A stretch of 64,000 bases of DNA from Octopus vulgaris (Eukaryota), in NCBI GenBank assembly GCA_951406725.2, contig OX597824.1, positions 6,014,001 to 6,078,000 of the forward strand, given 5' to 3'. Numbering within the stretch: position 1 is the first letter of the stretch; every line of letters starts with the position of its first letter. The position numbers were made by a program, and so were the translations under genes. Below the pieces are notes generated by a model. The model saw only the letters and a list, made by a program, of their open reading frames with translations, ran no database searches and was not told the DNA's origin. Below, piece by piece: positions 14,816-28,565 of the stretch.

Positions 14816-15448
14816 AGACCGTATTCACAGCCACTATTGTAAATTAGTTATCTAGATTTATATGAACGATACATTCTTATTACATGGCCTCTTATGAATT
14901 ACTGACACAAGAGAGTTCATTATTCATGCTATGATATGCAACACGATAAATATATAATAATTGAGCCGGAGTCGGGTAACGACATTATTTGAAATAAATT
15001 GAATATGTTGAGCAGACGTAAACGACTACCATTGTGTATATACCACCTGTGAACAAAATAGAGAGAAAAAAAAAACAGTGGAATCAACAAAATTAAATTC
15101 AAGCATCATTGTGAACTCTTCAGCAACTAATTAGTCTATGGTCACTGACAGATTGCATTTACTTCAGATATTGCTGCCAGTGTTGGCGACTCTAATATGT
15201 CAGAGATTTACATCATTGACACACAGTGGTGCTAGTAACTGACGCGCCGACAATATTCGTTTTGGGCGATATTCTATATAAAATATACGAGCCGTTTACG
15301 ATGGTCACTTGTATTTTATCGAAGTTAAATTAAGTTATGCAGTGACTGATTAAAATTTATGAATTTCTCCTACAGTATATATATATATAGTATATTATAT
15401 TGTATTATATTATATGTAAGTATGTATATATATACATATATATATGTG

Positions 15449-15502
<54 letters not shown>

Positions 15503-15967
15503 CATATGTGCGTATGTGTCTATATGCATGTGTATATGTGTATACGAGTATGTGTTGGTACGTGTGTAAGAGTTTAAACATTTACAATGGAAACGTTTCA
15601 GTGGCATCGAAATTTGATTTGCTCGACATTATCAAACTGATTTAATGTTGTTGTTTTTTTCGCACCACAAAAAAAAAAAAGAATGGTGTAAAGCATAGTT
15701 TCATGAAAGAGAGCAAGCCAAAACTTCGAAGTCACAGTTGATCGTTTTCGCGCTGGACTTTATTTCTGATGTGTTTATTTGTATTTAAGTTCTATTGTTG
15801 CCAAACCCTGCAGACGAGCAATTCCATGATCTTACATGGTGGATGCGAACCGACCAAGTGTTATTCTCTGAGAATATCCATCTATAAAGAGAAATGCTAC
15901 GTACAAACAATATGTAAACGAAATAATACAAAAGTATAGTAATAGTTATACATATCAAACCATAATA

Positions 15968-16364
15968 GGCGCAGGAGTGGCTGTGTGGCAAGTAGCTTGT
16001 TTATGAACCACATGGTTCCAGGTTCAATCTCACTGCGTGGCACCTTCGGCAAGTGTCTTCTACTATAGCCTCGGGCCGACCAGAGCCTTTATGAGTGGGA
16101 TTGGTAGACGGAAACTGAAAGAAGCCCGTCGTATATATATATATATGTATATATGTATGTGTGTGTGTTTGTGTGTCTGTGTTTGTCCCCCGATGCTGGT
16201 GTGTTTATGTCCCCGTTACTTAGCTGTTCGGCAAAAGAGACCGATAGAATGAGTACTGGGCTTACAAAAGAATAAGTCTCGGGGTCGAGTTGCCCGATTA
16301 AAGGCGATGTTCCAGCATGGCCGCAGTCAAATGACTGAAACAAGTTAAAGACAGAGTAAAAGAG

Positions 16365-16365
<1 letters not shown>
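15968..16365 (+). mobile_element. SINE family A, full length with small internal deletion
   Basis: Same head and tail as 9761-10170. Confidence 0.9.
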
Positions 16366-16404
<39 letters not shown>

Positions 16405-16499
16405 ATATGTATGTATATGAATATATATTTACATATACGCATTTTTGTAATGTTTCAGCTGCAAAGCGGTGTCATGCGGGAGCACTACCATTGACTGAG

Positions 16500-17270
16500 C
16501 TGCACCATTATTTGAAACCTTCTCTAATTTGTAGCATTTGGTCAATGAAAGAGTTGATGCTGCTGCTCTCATCTGGAACCCATGACAGCAAGCGATCCAG
16601 TTTTTTTTAAAGACACATCCACACCATGCAGTTCTCTCAGGTATTTTGGAAGGATATTAAAGAGCTGTGGGCCCTTGAAGCCCAATCTGTTGCAGTATCT
16701 GGTCTTGCTTTTTGAAGGCGATGCTAGGATCCCTGGCACTATGCAGCTGCACCCCGTTCTGCACTTTGAATAACTTTCAATGCCAAAGTTTGGTAGATGG
16801 CCTTCTAAGAATTTCCAGCTGTATATCACTGCATATCTCTCTCACCTTCACTCCAGGGAGAAGAGTTTTAATTCTTTCAGTCTTTCCCAGTTGCTGACAT
16901 GTTGCATCGAGACGATTTTCTTAGTGTAGCTTCGTTGGATTGCTTCGAGTTCCGCCGCGGATTTTTTATTGCGTGGTGACCATAGTTGGGAGCAATAGTC
17001 TAAGCGGCTAAGAACGTATGTCCGCCAAAGGATGATCAATGTCTCCTTTTCTCTTGTTTTGAAAGTTCGGAGGATCTAGCCAGCCAACCGTCTACATTTT
17101 ATTCCCAAATTGGTAATATGCACTTAGAAAGATGCATCATTGCTCATGTCAATGTCCAGGTCATGCACTGATTTTGATTCGGTGATTTTCAATTCCTCCG
17201 AGACCAGTGTATCCAGTCTGAATGTCGTGTAGCTTTGTATCTCTGTAGCGTAGGAACTGGAATTTTTTCT
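16500..17270 (-). mobile_element. CR1/L2-group LINE, degenerate RT C-terminal fragment
   Basis: YVLSRLDYCSQLWSP..LEAIQRSYTKKI..WERLKELKLFSLE; GPQLFNILPKYLR; frameshifted. Confidence 0.85.
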
Positions 17271-17485
17271 GACAAGTATGCATACAAAACCAATATATAC
17301 AAAAAATGGGAGGAATAACAAAGAATATATATATAATATAATATATAAAATACAAAAGCATATGTGAAGAAGAAGAGGAGGATGAGGTGATGTAGATGTG
17401 GGAGATCTACATGCATATATATGTATATATTTGTATATTTGTATATGTGTGTCTATGTATCTATGTATATAGATATGTATTTGTT

Positions 17486-17528
<43 letters not shown>

Positions 17529-17680
17529 ATGTGTGTGTATGTATATATATATATATGTGTGTGTGTGTATGTATATGTATATATATTTATTTATATCTAT
17601 GTGTATGTGTGTATGTGTATGTGTGTATGAATATATGTGTGTACATATATATATATATTTTTATATATATATATATATAT

Positions 17681-17745
<65 letters not shown>

Positions 17746-17936
17746 TATATTTATATATAGATACATACTTACATGCATACATATATATATATATATCAAT
17801 ATATGTGTATACCTATATATATGCATAAATTGGTACAGGATGTCACCAACTGTCTAAACAACACGAATTGCGTAAACAAACGAATTAAAAACTCAAACAA
17901 AGGGAGAGTAAAAGGGAAACCGGATATAAACGCAAA

Positions 17937-18004
17937 GAACGACCCTTCGTCGGTTGTCGGCTTTCTATCTACTCCTCATTTCAAGCATTCAATGACAATA
18001 TGAG
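17937..18004 (-). ncRNA. Second permuted hammerhead candidate (core CCGACGA) in element ~17820-18010
   Basis: Minus strand CTCAT-A-TTGTC / GAATGCTT-GAAA-TGAG / GACAA-CCGACGA-A-GGGTCGTTC. Confidence 0.6.
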
Positions 18005-18422
18005 TATTTAAAGACAATACATATATGACTGTGTTTATACCTGATTATACATATGCACATTTACGTATATAATATACATTCTGTTAGCCTAATGTTGCAC
18101 CACCCTGTATAAATAAATGATGATGCGTATATATGTATATACGCATGTATAAATGCTTACGTACATACATACATGTGTATACATATATATATGTGTGTGT
18201 GTGTGTTTGTGCGTATGTACGTATGTATGCATGTATGTGTGTATACATATATTAATATATATACTGTATGTATGCGTGCACGTGTGTATACACACATGTG
18301 TATATAAATATATATGTGTATATAAATAAATATATATATATATATATATATGTGTGCATATACGTATATATATATATATATATAAATATGTATATATATA
18401 AATATGTATATATGTATATATG

Positions 18423-18454
<32 letters not shown>

Positions 18455-18553
18455 CACATATATGTGTGCATATACGTATATATATATATATATATATAAA
18501 ATATGTATATATCTAAATATGTATATATATAAGTGTGTGTGTATGTATGTATG

Positions 18554-18660
<107 letters not shown>

Positions 18661-19098
18661 CAGAAGGGAGACGGAGTTTTATATTGACGCAAATTACGCC
18701 TTCGCTTCATTGTTATCAACACCGAATATCAGTGAATTGTCAAAGAAGAGAAGTTATTAAATGGGTTTGCGTGGGCAGATTGTTGGCAGTAGTTGTTGGT
18801 ATTGGATTTTCAGTCAAGAGAAGATTAAATACCACATATATTCGATGTTCAAATAATATTCAATTATTTTTCACTAGATAATTCAGAAAATATATCGTTT
18901 ATTTACTTACCACACCTTCTATAAATCAAATTTCTCTAAATGCAATTTATTAAATGTTTGTTATAAAAGGTTACCAATAAGAACTGACTAAACCTTTAAT
19001 AACGCTACCAATGCGCATCAAACGTATTCGCACAAATATACTCAAATGTTACCCTTACATACCAAGAATTTGTAACAATCATTATGAATTGTGTGTAA

Positions 19099-19187
<89 letters not shown>

Positions 19188-19199
19188 ATATATACATAG

Positions 19200-19317
19200 T
19201 AGAGTCAGGTTAGAAAGGTAAAATAATTTTTCAACTCCTGAGCGTTATACTAATACATCTGTTAGTTTTGTACACCACCTGTCTTCGTCTTTTGTTTCTT
19301 ATTTCGTAAACTCTCCC
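19200..19317 (+). mobile_element. Short (TA)n-flanked repeat terminus
   Basis: ctgag..ctaataca.ctgtt..gtcttcgtctttt..cgtaaactctccc-(TA)n; second copy at 60968-61057. Confidence 0.6.
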
Positions 19318-19395
19318 TATATATATACATAAATAATACATGTACATACATACATATATATATATTTATATATATATATATGTATATATATATAT

Positions 19396-19570
19396 GCCAA
19401 GCTGTATCGGCCTTTGCGTCTCCCTTGGATAACACTGGTGGCGTGTAGAGGGGAGGCCGGTGTGCATATGCAACTGCTGATCTTCCATAAACAACCTTGT
19501 CTGGACTTGTGCCTGGGTGGGTAAGTTTCTAGGTGCAATTCCATGGTCAGTCATAACTGAAGGGGGTCTC
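19396..19570 (+). mobile_element. Retroposon (SINE-type) 3' fragment
   Basis: GC-richer segment ending ttctaggtgcaattccatggtcagtcataactgaagggggtctc; family assignment uncertain. Confidence 0.45.
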
Positions 19571-19599
19571 AGCTTATATAGATACATATACTCCATCCT

Positions 19600-19785
19600 T
19601 ATAGGACCTGTTTCCAAAATTTTGTGGTATGCATGCTCCCCGTCGAAGTGGAGTATACAGGTCCGTCGCGAGAATACTCACTTTGTCAGCGGAGTTGACT
19701 GTGGCAACGTGAAATGAAGTGTTTTTGATTAGGAAATGGAAGCCAAAGTCTTGCGGATGTGAGTCCGATACCCTAACCATATATC
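19600..19785 (-). mobile_element. tRNA-headed SINE 5' fragment (family C-like)
   Basis: Minus strand tggttagggtatcggactcac head; cgtgaaatgaagtgt motif similar to 3007-3030. Confidence 0.5.
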
Positions 19786-19829
19786 TCCATCTTGTATTGT
19801 GTGTGTGTGTGTGTGTGTGTACTTTGATA

Positions 19830-20520
19830 GGTTTCGACCAGTATTGGCCCAGGCCATGACTAACTTAATAATACCACCTGGCAAAGTCATTCGAATGAGG
19901 AATCGGACAACTTGGCCCCCTCGAAGAGAGAGTTATTGTTTACGGAGATATATCCAAGTGTAGGATCGATTATCCGGGAACTCTTGAAGGAAATTTTCCA
20001 AAGACTTCTTGAACTTTATGGCGGTCTGTTTCTGCTTTAATATATTTTGGTGTAGTGTTCAAGACAGCGGGACCAATTGAGGTGAAATAATTGTGCCGTA
20101 TTGTTGTCATGTGATGCGCGTATGATTTACGTTGTGGGTGGATAGCACGGAGTGTATCTTAAAGGCGATGCCAGCATCATTTGCGCAATGCTGAGGGCAT
20201 ATTTTCCACACCATGTAGATTATGTAGTACTCACGGCAACGTTGGAGAGAATAAAGCTTGAGATTTTCTAGTCGATCCTAATTTTCAAGACCTATCATGC
20301 TATCTATCTTTTCGTAATTGATATTTGACGTGCTTCAGTTTCCATGATACTTTGTTTCGTGTGAGGAGACGACAGAATAATAGTGTGGATATTTCAGGAC
20401 TGTAGAATTCTGAGAACCCAGGAACACATTCTGCGAGCCACATTAACTTTACTGTTTATAGGAGCGGCCTAGCTTATGTTGTTGTTCACGATTACTCCAA
20501 AGCTTGTGATGTTGTTGGAT
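19830..20520 (-). mobile_element. CR1/L2-group LINE, degenerate 3' fragment
   Basis: Minus-strand translation DRLENLKLYSLQRCREYYII..VWKI..FKKSLENFLQEFPD. Confidence 0.7.
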
Positions 20521-20599
20521 GCCATGAGAACATCACCTGAAAGAAGGGAGTATGGAAATATCAGGGTATCCGTTTTCCCGAAGATATATGTATATGTTC

Positions 20600-20635
<36 letters not shown>

Positions 20636-21088
20636 AAATATTTATATGTATATAAATATATACGTATATATATATGTATATATGTATATATATGTACAGT
20701 TATATATATACATATACGTATATATATGCATACATATATATACATATATATATATTCATATATATACATATATATATACATAAACATATATGCATACATA
20801 CATAAACACACATATATACATACATAAACATATATATATATACATATATACATATATATATATACATATATATAATTGATATAGGATAAAAATATTTCGG
20901 GAAATAAATTTTATCAATGGCCAGCATATCAAAAAATGCCTTTAAAGGTAAAATTTATACATAATTTACAAGATAAGGGCAGAAGAAAAATTCTAATGCC
21001 AGATACGCCGAAACAAAAAATTGTCGATAACCATTAAATTTATGCGTCTCGAAACAAACCGATAGAAATCTCTAAAAAATTCGTTATT

Positions 21089-21145
21089 ACCGTATTGGTC
21101 CAATTTCGGGGTTAATTCACAAGAAATTTTCCCCTCTTCAGCGGC
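21089..21145 (-). ncRNA. Type I hammerhead ribozyme motif
   Basis: Minus strand GCCG-CTGAAGA-GGGG..CCCC-GAAA-TTGGACCAA-TA-CGGT. Confidence 0.7.
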
Positions 21146-21754
21146 ACATACTGAAGAGGGGAATCTTTCAACGTAGCTAGGGGGTCTTCTGTCGTTAATT
21201 AAGAAACACTACCCTAGAAGGCATATGAATTAAAAACTCTTCAACCTCCATAATGTCATGGTCAGATACCCATGCTTAGACATCATCATAACAAACATCG
21301 CATGCATCAACAGACATTAATATGCACCCACATCACCCCAAACTCAACCTGCAACTGACGTTGCAAATGAGCGCGTTTACACGCCCACATATAGTAATAT
21401 ATACTTGCACATGCCGCCCTTTCCTAATTACACTTAACGATCTGACCGATTTCTAATCACCATTTGATCTATTTCCTGTCTTCCACATGATCAATATCCT
21501 GTCCACCATGCAGTATTTTCCAGCCAGCAGTTACCCATCTACCAACATCAAACCACGACACCACATGAATTTCCTCGACCAATCGCAGCCCACCATCTGT
21601 CATTCAAATTCAAAATGGCTGATTACTAGCATCGCGCTTAAAAATCAGATCTACCAACGTATTTGAATCGAACTGTTCTGTTTTGATCAATCATATAACT
21701 CCCAATAAATTGGTTGAGTGCCTTTCTTTTGTTTGTCCATACGCATATAAATAA

Positions 21755-21793
<39 letters not shown>

Positions 21794-21927
21794 GAACCAC
21801 ACTTGTGTTCTATAAACATATGCTGCACTTCGAACCGTCCATGATCTATACAGTTAATAATAGATAGGGTACCTATGGGTATACAGATATACATATATTA
21901 ACTCTCTCTCTGTCTCTCTCTCTCGGT

Positions 21928-21959
<32 letters not shown>

Positions 21960-21994
21960 ATGCATGCATATTATTTGTATATATCATGTATATT

Positions 21995-22072
<78 letters not shown>

Positions 22073-22075
<3 letters not shown>

Positions 22076-22221
22076 GTAAAAACGGTAAGATAACAAAAGA
22101 AAGAAAGAAACCTCAATAATATGTAAATAGAGGAAATTTATCTATAAAATAATATGTTACAATTATTCAATTTATGTGAAACTCAGAGTTTTATCTTGAC
22201 TATTGAATAATTGTAGCATAT

Positions 22222-22228
<7 letters not shown>
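22073..22228 (-). mobile_element. (TA)n-flanked fold-back Penelope-like terminus, same family as 47885-48060 and 49626-49876
   Basis: Tail is the reverse complement of 49800-49876; arms 22148-22171 and 22202-22225; HHR 3' half gaaactcagagtt. Confidence 0.75.
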
Positions 22229-22257
<29 letters not shown>

Positions 22258-22780
22258 GCATACATTCAAACCGTATTAAATTATCTATCCCACTCTCTCG
22301 CTCTCTCTATATATGTATACACACACATACACACGTGTGTGTGTATCTATGTACATATGTATTCACACACATATATATACTACGAGAGAGATGAATATTT
22401 CTAGTGAATGTTCGTTTTTGGATGGATATGAATGCATACAAGAAGTAATATTTAGGAATCCGTTCATAAATCCGTATAATATCAGTGGAATAACAGTTCT
22501 GATGTTGATTTTGTTCAATATTGAGTGCCGTAAGGACAAGCAAGTGGAAGTAAATAAGCAAATAACTTACTGTGTGTTTGCTTCTTTATTTTTACCAAGC
22601 TGTTGCTGAATCTGTTCGAAGATAAATATGTCCATAGAGTATAAAGATGAATGTAATTTATAGCAGGCGTTTTCTTTTTTCTCCACTACCGTTGAAGGAA
22701 AGAACAACATATTTACATCGTAGTCAAATAACGCATCCCTGTAAGACAAAGAAAAATCAAAACATAACAATCATTGCTAG

Positions 22781-22913
<133 letters not shown>

Positions 22914-23469
22914 CAAGATTGCAAGAAAGGCAACATAATCCACGCCAATCGTTTTTACTATGGAAGTAAAATAATTGCCTTATATTTTTTTCTCTTTCTC
23001 TTTTGTTTCTTTTGTTTGATTCTTTTTTTTCTTTTGTCATCACTGAACAAAAGCTTTTTTTTTTCTTTTCTCTTCCGTAAGTGCTTATGTTTTTGCTGTG
23101 TAATTTGTGGTAGAATTATCAATCAGGAAGGATGGCTGATCATTTCTTTAACTGTTCTCTCTAAGTGTTGAAACACACCAGAAATGTATTGCTTTAAACT
23201 GATTTTAAGGGAAGCAGTATCGCAAAAATCGCCATGGGTCAACGAAGTGACGGAGATGTAGGAAAGAAATAGGCAGATGGAATTAAGGGGGCAAATCCAC
23301 TTCTCTCGTTCAAACTCTAATAATATAACAACTGTAATAGAATCAATGCCGGCACCACCACTCCTACCTTTGCTAGGCAAAGGAAGAACGGTAACTATGT
23401 AACCAGTAACGATGTTTACACATCTGCAATACCGTCACGCATGATCGGTCGTCCCTCCTCTTGCAGCCT

Positions 23470-24000
23470 GTGAAATTTTGTTCCATGCTTATTCCCTTGT
23501 CCATTTGATGTCCGAATGCTCGAGGCTGCACAGAAAGAGTGCAAGAAATTGTGACATGACTATGTTATTAGGACCATCCAGTGGAAAATTTGCCAGGCAG
23601 GGGATGTCTTTTAGCATGGGGAAACGTGTTTCGTACACAAACCTGGCATAACATTTGAGTGTTGTCTATTGTACGTAGAACAAAAAACTAACATCAATGT
23701 AGTTGTTAACATTCGTAAGACATGTCTCTTTATTGACCAATCACGTCTCTTCGTCACACGAATAGAAAATGAAGAAGCAGAAGGGTTGACAAATTCTAAG
23801 GGGTTGAAGAATGAAATCATTAGGGTATTGAAAATAAAGAGGGTACTATTATGACCCTAATCGTAGTGCCATTAGGGACAGAGAAGGATAACATTGCGAA
23901 ATGGATAGAGAAAATAGAATTTTATTGAGATAAAGCTATTGCGAAATGTTTGCAAATTGGGAGCAACTAAAATCTAACAAAGCGCACTCGATCGCTAGAT
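23470..24000 (+). mobile_element. R4/Dong-type non-LTR retrotransposon, very degenerate C-terminal fragment
   Basis: HLMSECSRL..HD.V.RTIQWKICQ-like CCHC region; IVVPLGT-like terminal motif. Confidence 0.5.
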
Positions 24001-24730
24001 TGATTAAAAGGCATGGGAAAGATAAGTTAGAGGTTGCATGGCCCCCATTTCTACAAGTTATGGCGCCCTGTCGAAGCAGATAAGTGTTCATGTTATCAAA
24101 ACCCATACAGAGATCATATCTATAATAACGACAGTGATAATGTTATCGATTCACAGTTTCCGAAACCGTTCTTAAATGGCATAGCTAATACAACATTTGT
24201 TCCAATATAGAACTCGACAAACAATTTATTTACAGATGTGAGGGACAAAAATAATAAAATACAATCTCCGCTTCTGTAAGTCTGTTAGAGTCAGAGAGAG
24301 TGTGAAAGGCATGGGCGCCACGTCAGGCCGTTATGTGAGACAAAAAGAAAAGAGGGAATGAAACAAAAGAAAATACTTCAACCTCTGTTTAGTTCAGCCT
24401 CTATTTAGGTTTCAAAGAAAGAGAATGTAGTACATCAGCTGTTTCTGACACCAAAAATGGACCAAGCATCAGTTTAAGGTTCAGAATTTTGCTTGTAGGT
24501 GATCTTAAAGGGCGTGATAGGTATGAGTGAGATGTCAGGATGTTATGGAAGATAAACCTAAAAACATATTTGCTGTTTATTTCAGTATTTCGCCTACTTT
24601 GGGACAGAAAGTCAGTCGGCAAAGCATTCAAGTCTGTATTTTTCAAATTTGTCCATCTCCACAGATTCTTGGCAAAGTTAACATACGATGAGAGAAAGAG
24701 AGAGAATATAAATATTACAACACACTAGTC

Positions 24731-24944
24731 TTTTTATTCTTTTTACTTGTTTCAGTCATTTGACTGCGGCCATGCTGGAGCCCCGCTTTTTAGTCGAGCA
24801 AATCGACCCTGGAACTAATTTTTTCTAAGCCTAGTACTTATTCTATCGGTCTCTTTTGCCGGGGAGGTAAACACACCAGCATCGGTTGTCAAGCAATCCT
24901 GGGGGAACAAACACAGACACACAAAAATACACACACACACACAT

Positions 24945-24988
<44 letters not shown>

Positions 24989-25209
24989 TTAAGTAGTTGA
25001 ATGAATTATCCTAGTATGGTTTCATTTATTTATATATACATATATACGACAGGCTTCCTTCAGTTTCCGTCTACCAAGTCCACTTACAAGACCTTCGTCG
25101 GCCCGCAGCTATAGTAGATGACACTTGCCGAAGGTGCAGCGCAGTAGAACTGAACTGGGAACCGAGTGGTTAGTAAGCAAGCTACTTACCACACAGCCAC
25201 TCCTCCGCC
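24731..25209 (-). mobile_element. SINE family A, full length, expanded internal microsatellite
   Basis: Reverse complement of 9761-10170. Confidence 0.9.
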
Positions 25210-25382
25210 TCTACACAATATTTCAGAATGATACTTATGAAATGCACGTAGACAATATGTAATACACGTACGTAGCAATATAGAAATCTTGGAAGGCTCC
25301 TGAGATGCATTTATATATATATATCTACAAAACAAATAACACCGATAATGAGAGTATATTAAAGGCAGCGTCACTGACATCT

Positions 25383-25422
<40 letters not shown>

Positions 25423-25636
25423 CAGCAGCAGCAGCAGCCGTTCCAGAATTTGGACTGGGAGATCTCCATTTCCAGCAACTTTGAGGACCACCTCCCAGTG
25501 GTGTCGGGCATCAACGAAGAGCCCTCGACTACAACAAGACGACCAAAGTTTTTTTTCCAAGGTCTGGGGTCTCCCGCTCCTAAGCCCTAGACTATCACCT
25601 AATCACCCTTACCCGTCTTGTTGCATAACAACAACT

Positions 25637-25719
<83 letters not shown>

Positions 25720-25770
25720 GGTGGTGGTGGTGGTGGTGGTAGTAGTAAATGTAGTGTAGGTGGTAGTGGT
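25383..25770. repeat. (TAG)n/(CAG)n/(TGG)n trinucleotide arrays flanking a ~190-bp insert
   Basis: Direct reading. Confidence 0.9.
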
Positions 25771-26607
25771 GTTTGCAGTGATGGCGGATTTGAAGTACGT
25801 AGGACGTAAAATTTGTTTTCAGAATTTAACTTACATGTTGATGAAATACATACGAGGAAGGGCGAGGAACCAGTGCTTGTACAAAAACAAAACGATGAGA
25901 AATTTTTAAAAAATGGTCGCTATCGAAAACGTGCAAAACCTCAATAAGTTAAGACAAATAAAATAATCCAGAATATCATTTAGTGTTAAATTACGGATTA
26001 TAATCATGAAGTGTTTATGTAAGGCTTATAAACACTACGTTCATATCATGTTCACTTCCTCCTCTAATACCTGTATTTATGTATCTTTCCATCCCCCTCT
26101 GATTCACCTTTATCTCCCCACCTCTGAAAATTGAAGCTGCTTTCGTTGCTGTTTTCATTTCTCCTCAAAGATTTTCCCCGAGATGATATGTGAGCATTAA
26201 TAGATTTTTAATAGCTGTAGTAAAAGGTTTAATACCCAATCCGAATATTACATTAAGCTGAATTTAACTTCAGTTTCCTTATTGCTTACAGCGGATGAAA
26301 AATGTAGGTGAACAGCTGATAAACAATATCTAAACGTATATAAAAACGTTGAAAGTCGCCAAGGAAATATTTTGCCTCAGAGCATTCGCTAAGATATTTG
26401 TATGATAGAAAACACATACAATCTCAAGGATCGTAGAGAATGGCAGCAGATCGGTACATACAGTGTTTCGATCTAAATTGATCTCCTGAGGGATGCACAA
26501 CCACGGACATTACGAACTAAAGAAGCAAAAGTAAAGAAAAGGGGAAACTGATGTGGGCAACAAAAATAATATAATTCAAACACGTTTTTTATTACCCATA
26601 GAGATAA

Positions 26608-26787
26608 GGTGGTGAGCTGGCTGAATTATAAGCACGCTGGGCAAAATGCTTAGCGGTATTTCTTCCATCTTTAGGTTCTGAGTTCAAGTTCTACCGAGAT
26701 CGACTTTGCCTTTCATCCTTTCGAGGTCGATAAAATAAGTACCAACTAAGTGCTCATGTCGATGTAATAGACCAATTTCTTTCCCCA
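26608..26787 (+). mobile_element. SINE family B (Meta-domain-like), older copy
   Basis: gagctggctgaat head; gactttgcctttcatcctttcgaggtcgataaaataagtacc. Confidence 0.8.
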
Positions 26788-27074
26788 CCAACCGGAAACA
26801 ACTAGTTGTGTTGTATCCATCAATGCAGGCTGTGTCTTTTCGCGTGTCTACTTTAAATAAGATACCTCGCAACATATCTTCAATTTCGTTCAGTATATTG
26901 TGTCTGTCTGTTGTAGCAAAGATACTACAGGTGACCACAACATACCAAGCAAAACTCAGTATATATAGCAAGGTATCTTATCTAAATGAGACGCCCGGCG
27001 AGATACTGCCTGCTTTGATTGATACAACACAACTAACTGTACAATGTCCCACCCGTAAAGAAAAGATACACCTG

Positions 27075-28215
27075 CAATATTTGACGTTTTTCTTAACGTA
27101 GGTTTCCCAAACATTTTCCACGTGTCGGTAATAATAATCGAGATGTTGCTACCAGTATCTAGCTCTAAATTGATATTCACTTCGTTTATTTTTATATATA
27201 CAAATTTCTTCCTTTTAGTGTTGCTTCTACATTCCGATGAGAAAACTTTAGAATATTTTTATGGTCGACCTTCCTAACTTTGCTCTGCAATGTGAACTCT
27301 TATGTCCTACTTTTTGGCAGCTGTAACATTTTTGTGTTTTGAAAGGACAATCCCTCCTGAAATTTAGGGTTCCACATCTGTAGCATGGGTTCGGTCTTAA
27401 CTCATTCTTTGTTTATAACCTCGCGGTCGATATGCTTCTACATGTGAGAAATCCGCTTCAATTTTCTTTACGCCCTTTGACATTCCTCTGCAACTGTCTG
27501 CAGGCTTAAATTTTGGTCCGTTTGTTCAAGTTTTGAGAGAACTCTTGAACGTATCTCCACATCTTTGTTTGCCGAAAGCCCTTGTACAAAAACAAGGCAC
27601 TTAAATATATCAGGAGTTAGATCCTTTCAGTTTAAACCTTTCGCACATTCAGTAGACGGCCCCGGCATATGTTACTAAGTCTTCATCCTCTTTTGTTTTT
27701 TAAAGAGGATTCCAACACTCGCATCGAGTATTAAATACGGAACTCTTATCACTGAATATTTTTGACAGTAACTCGACTGTTTCCTGGAAATAAACTTATC
27801 TAGTTGTTTGACGTAGTATGAAATTACAATATTTTTCATTTGCAGCGACGTAATAATAGTCTTACTTTTTCGTTCACGACTTGCAATCTTGCCTAAAGAT
27901 TTCTTCGTACCTTCTTAAGTCCGCTGCAAACGTTATACCCTCCTCTGGGTCCTAAGTGAATTCTGTTATAGAGTTCGATACGATGTCTGGTGAAACTGAA
28001 CTTATAGTGATTCCAGACTTCTTAAGACATATCTCCGTTAACTGTTGTTATATTATTGTTGCTGAAGTAATTGTTTCTGCAACTCCTGTTGCTGTTCTTG
28101 ATGCTGTGTTTGCACCTGCTTTATAGAAGCTAATAGGTCTTCAATCATTATCAACTTTGGATCACGAAAATTTGTTACCTGATCTGCGTGAGCTTCGAAC
28201 CCTCGTCGCCAATAT
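27075..28215 (-). mobile_element. Gypsy (Mag/K02A2.6-like) LTR retrotransposon remnant: PBS, degenerate gag and protease
   Basis: PBS TGGCGACGAGG at 28201-28211; gag with two zinc knuckles (CYRCG..C and CYSCQKVGHKSSHC); protease LELDTGSNISII; stops and frameshifts. Confidence 0.85.
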
Positions 28216-28501
28216 TGTTGTATCGCCAATGTTGTTATGACGATAATTTTTCACTCTATAACCATGTTTTAACAAAAGAACATATAACGAAGCTGGGTAA
28301 CAACAACGTAACAATCCAACAAACTTTCCACGTCCTATACACGAACCACTAAACGATATTCCGACAAATTATCCAAACGACGCCATACGACTTCTTGCGA
28401 TTAACGCCTGTCCTGTCCGGTCTCTCGCTCAGTTCGCTACCATTTGTAGTCGTTAGGTCAAGTCTATTCTCGCAGGGAGTGTCGTAACGCTCTCCACAAC
28501 A
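28216..28501 (-). mobile_element. 5' LTR of the Gypsy remnant (~286 bp)
   Basis: TGTTGT..ACAACA termini immediately upstream of the PBS. Confidence 0.75.
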
Positions 28502-28522
28502 CACATGCGCACATGTATATAT

Positions 28523-28565
<43 letters not shown>

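Noticed and set aside
20537-20590. CTGAAAGAA-GGGA..TTCCC-GAAG motif
   Set aside because: Both core segments are corrupted
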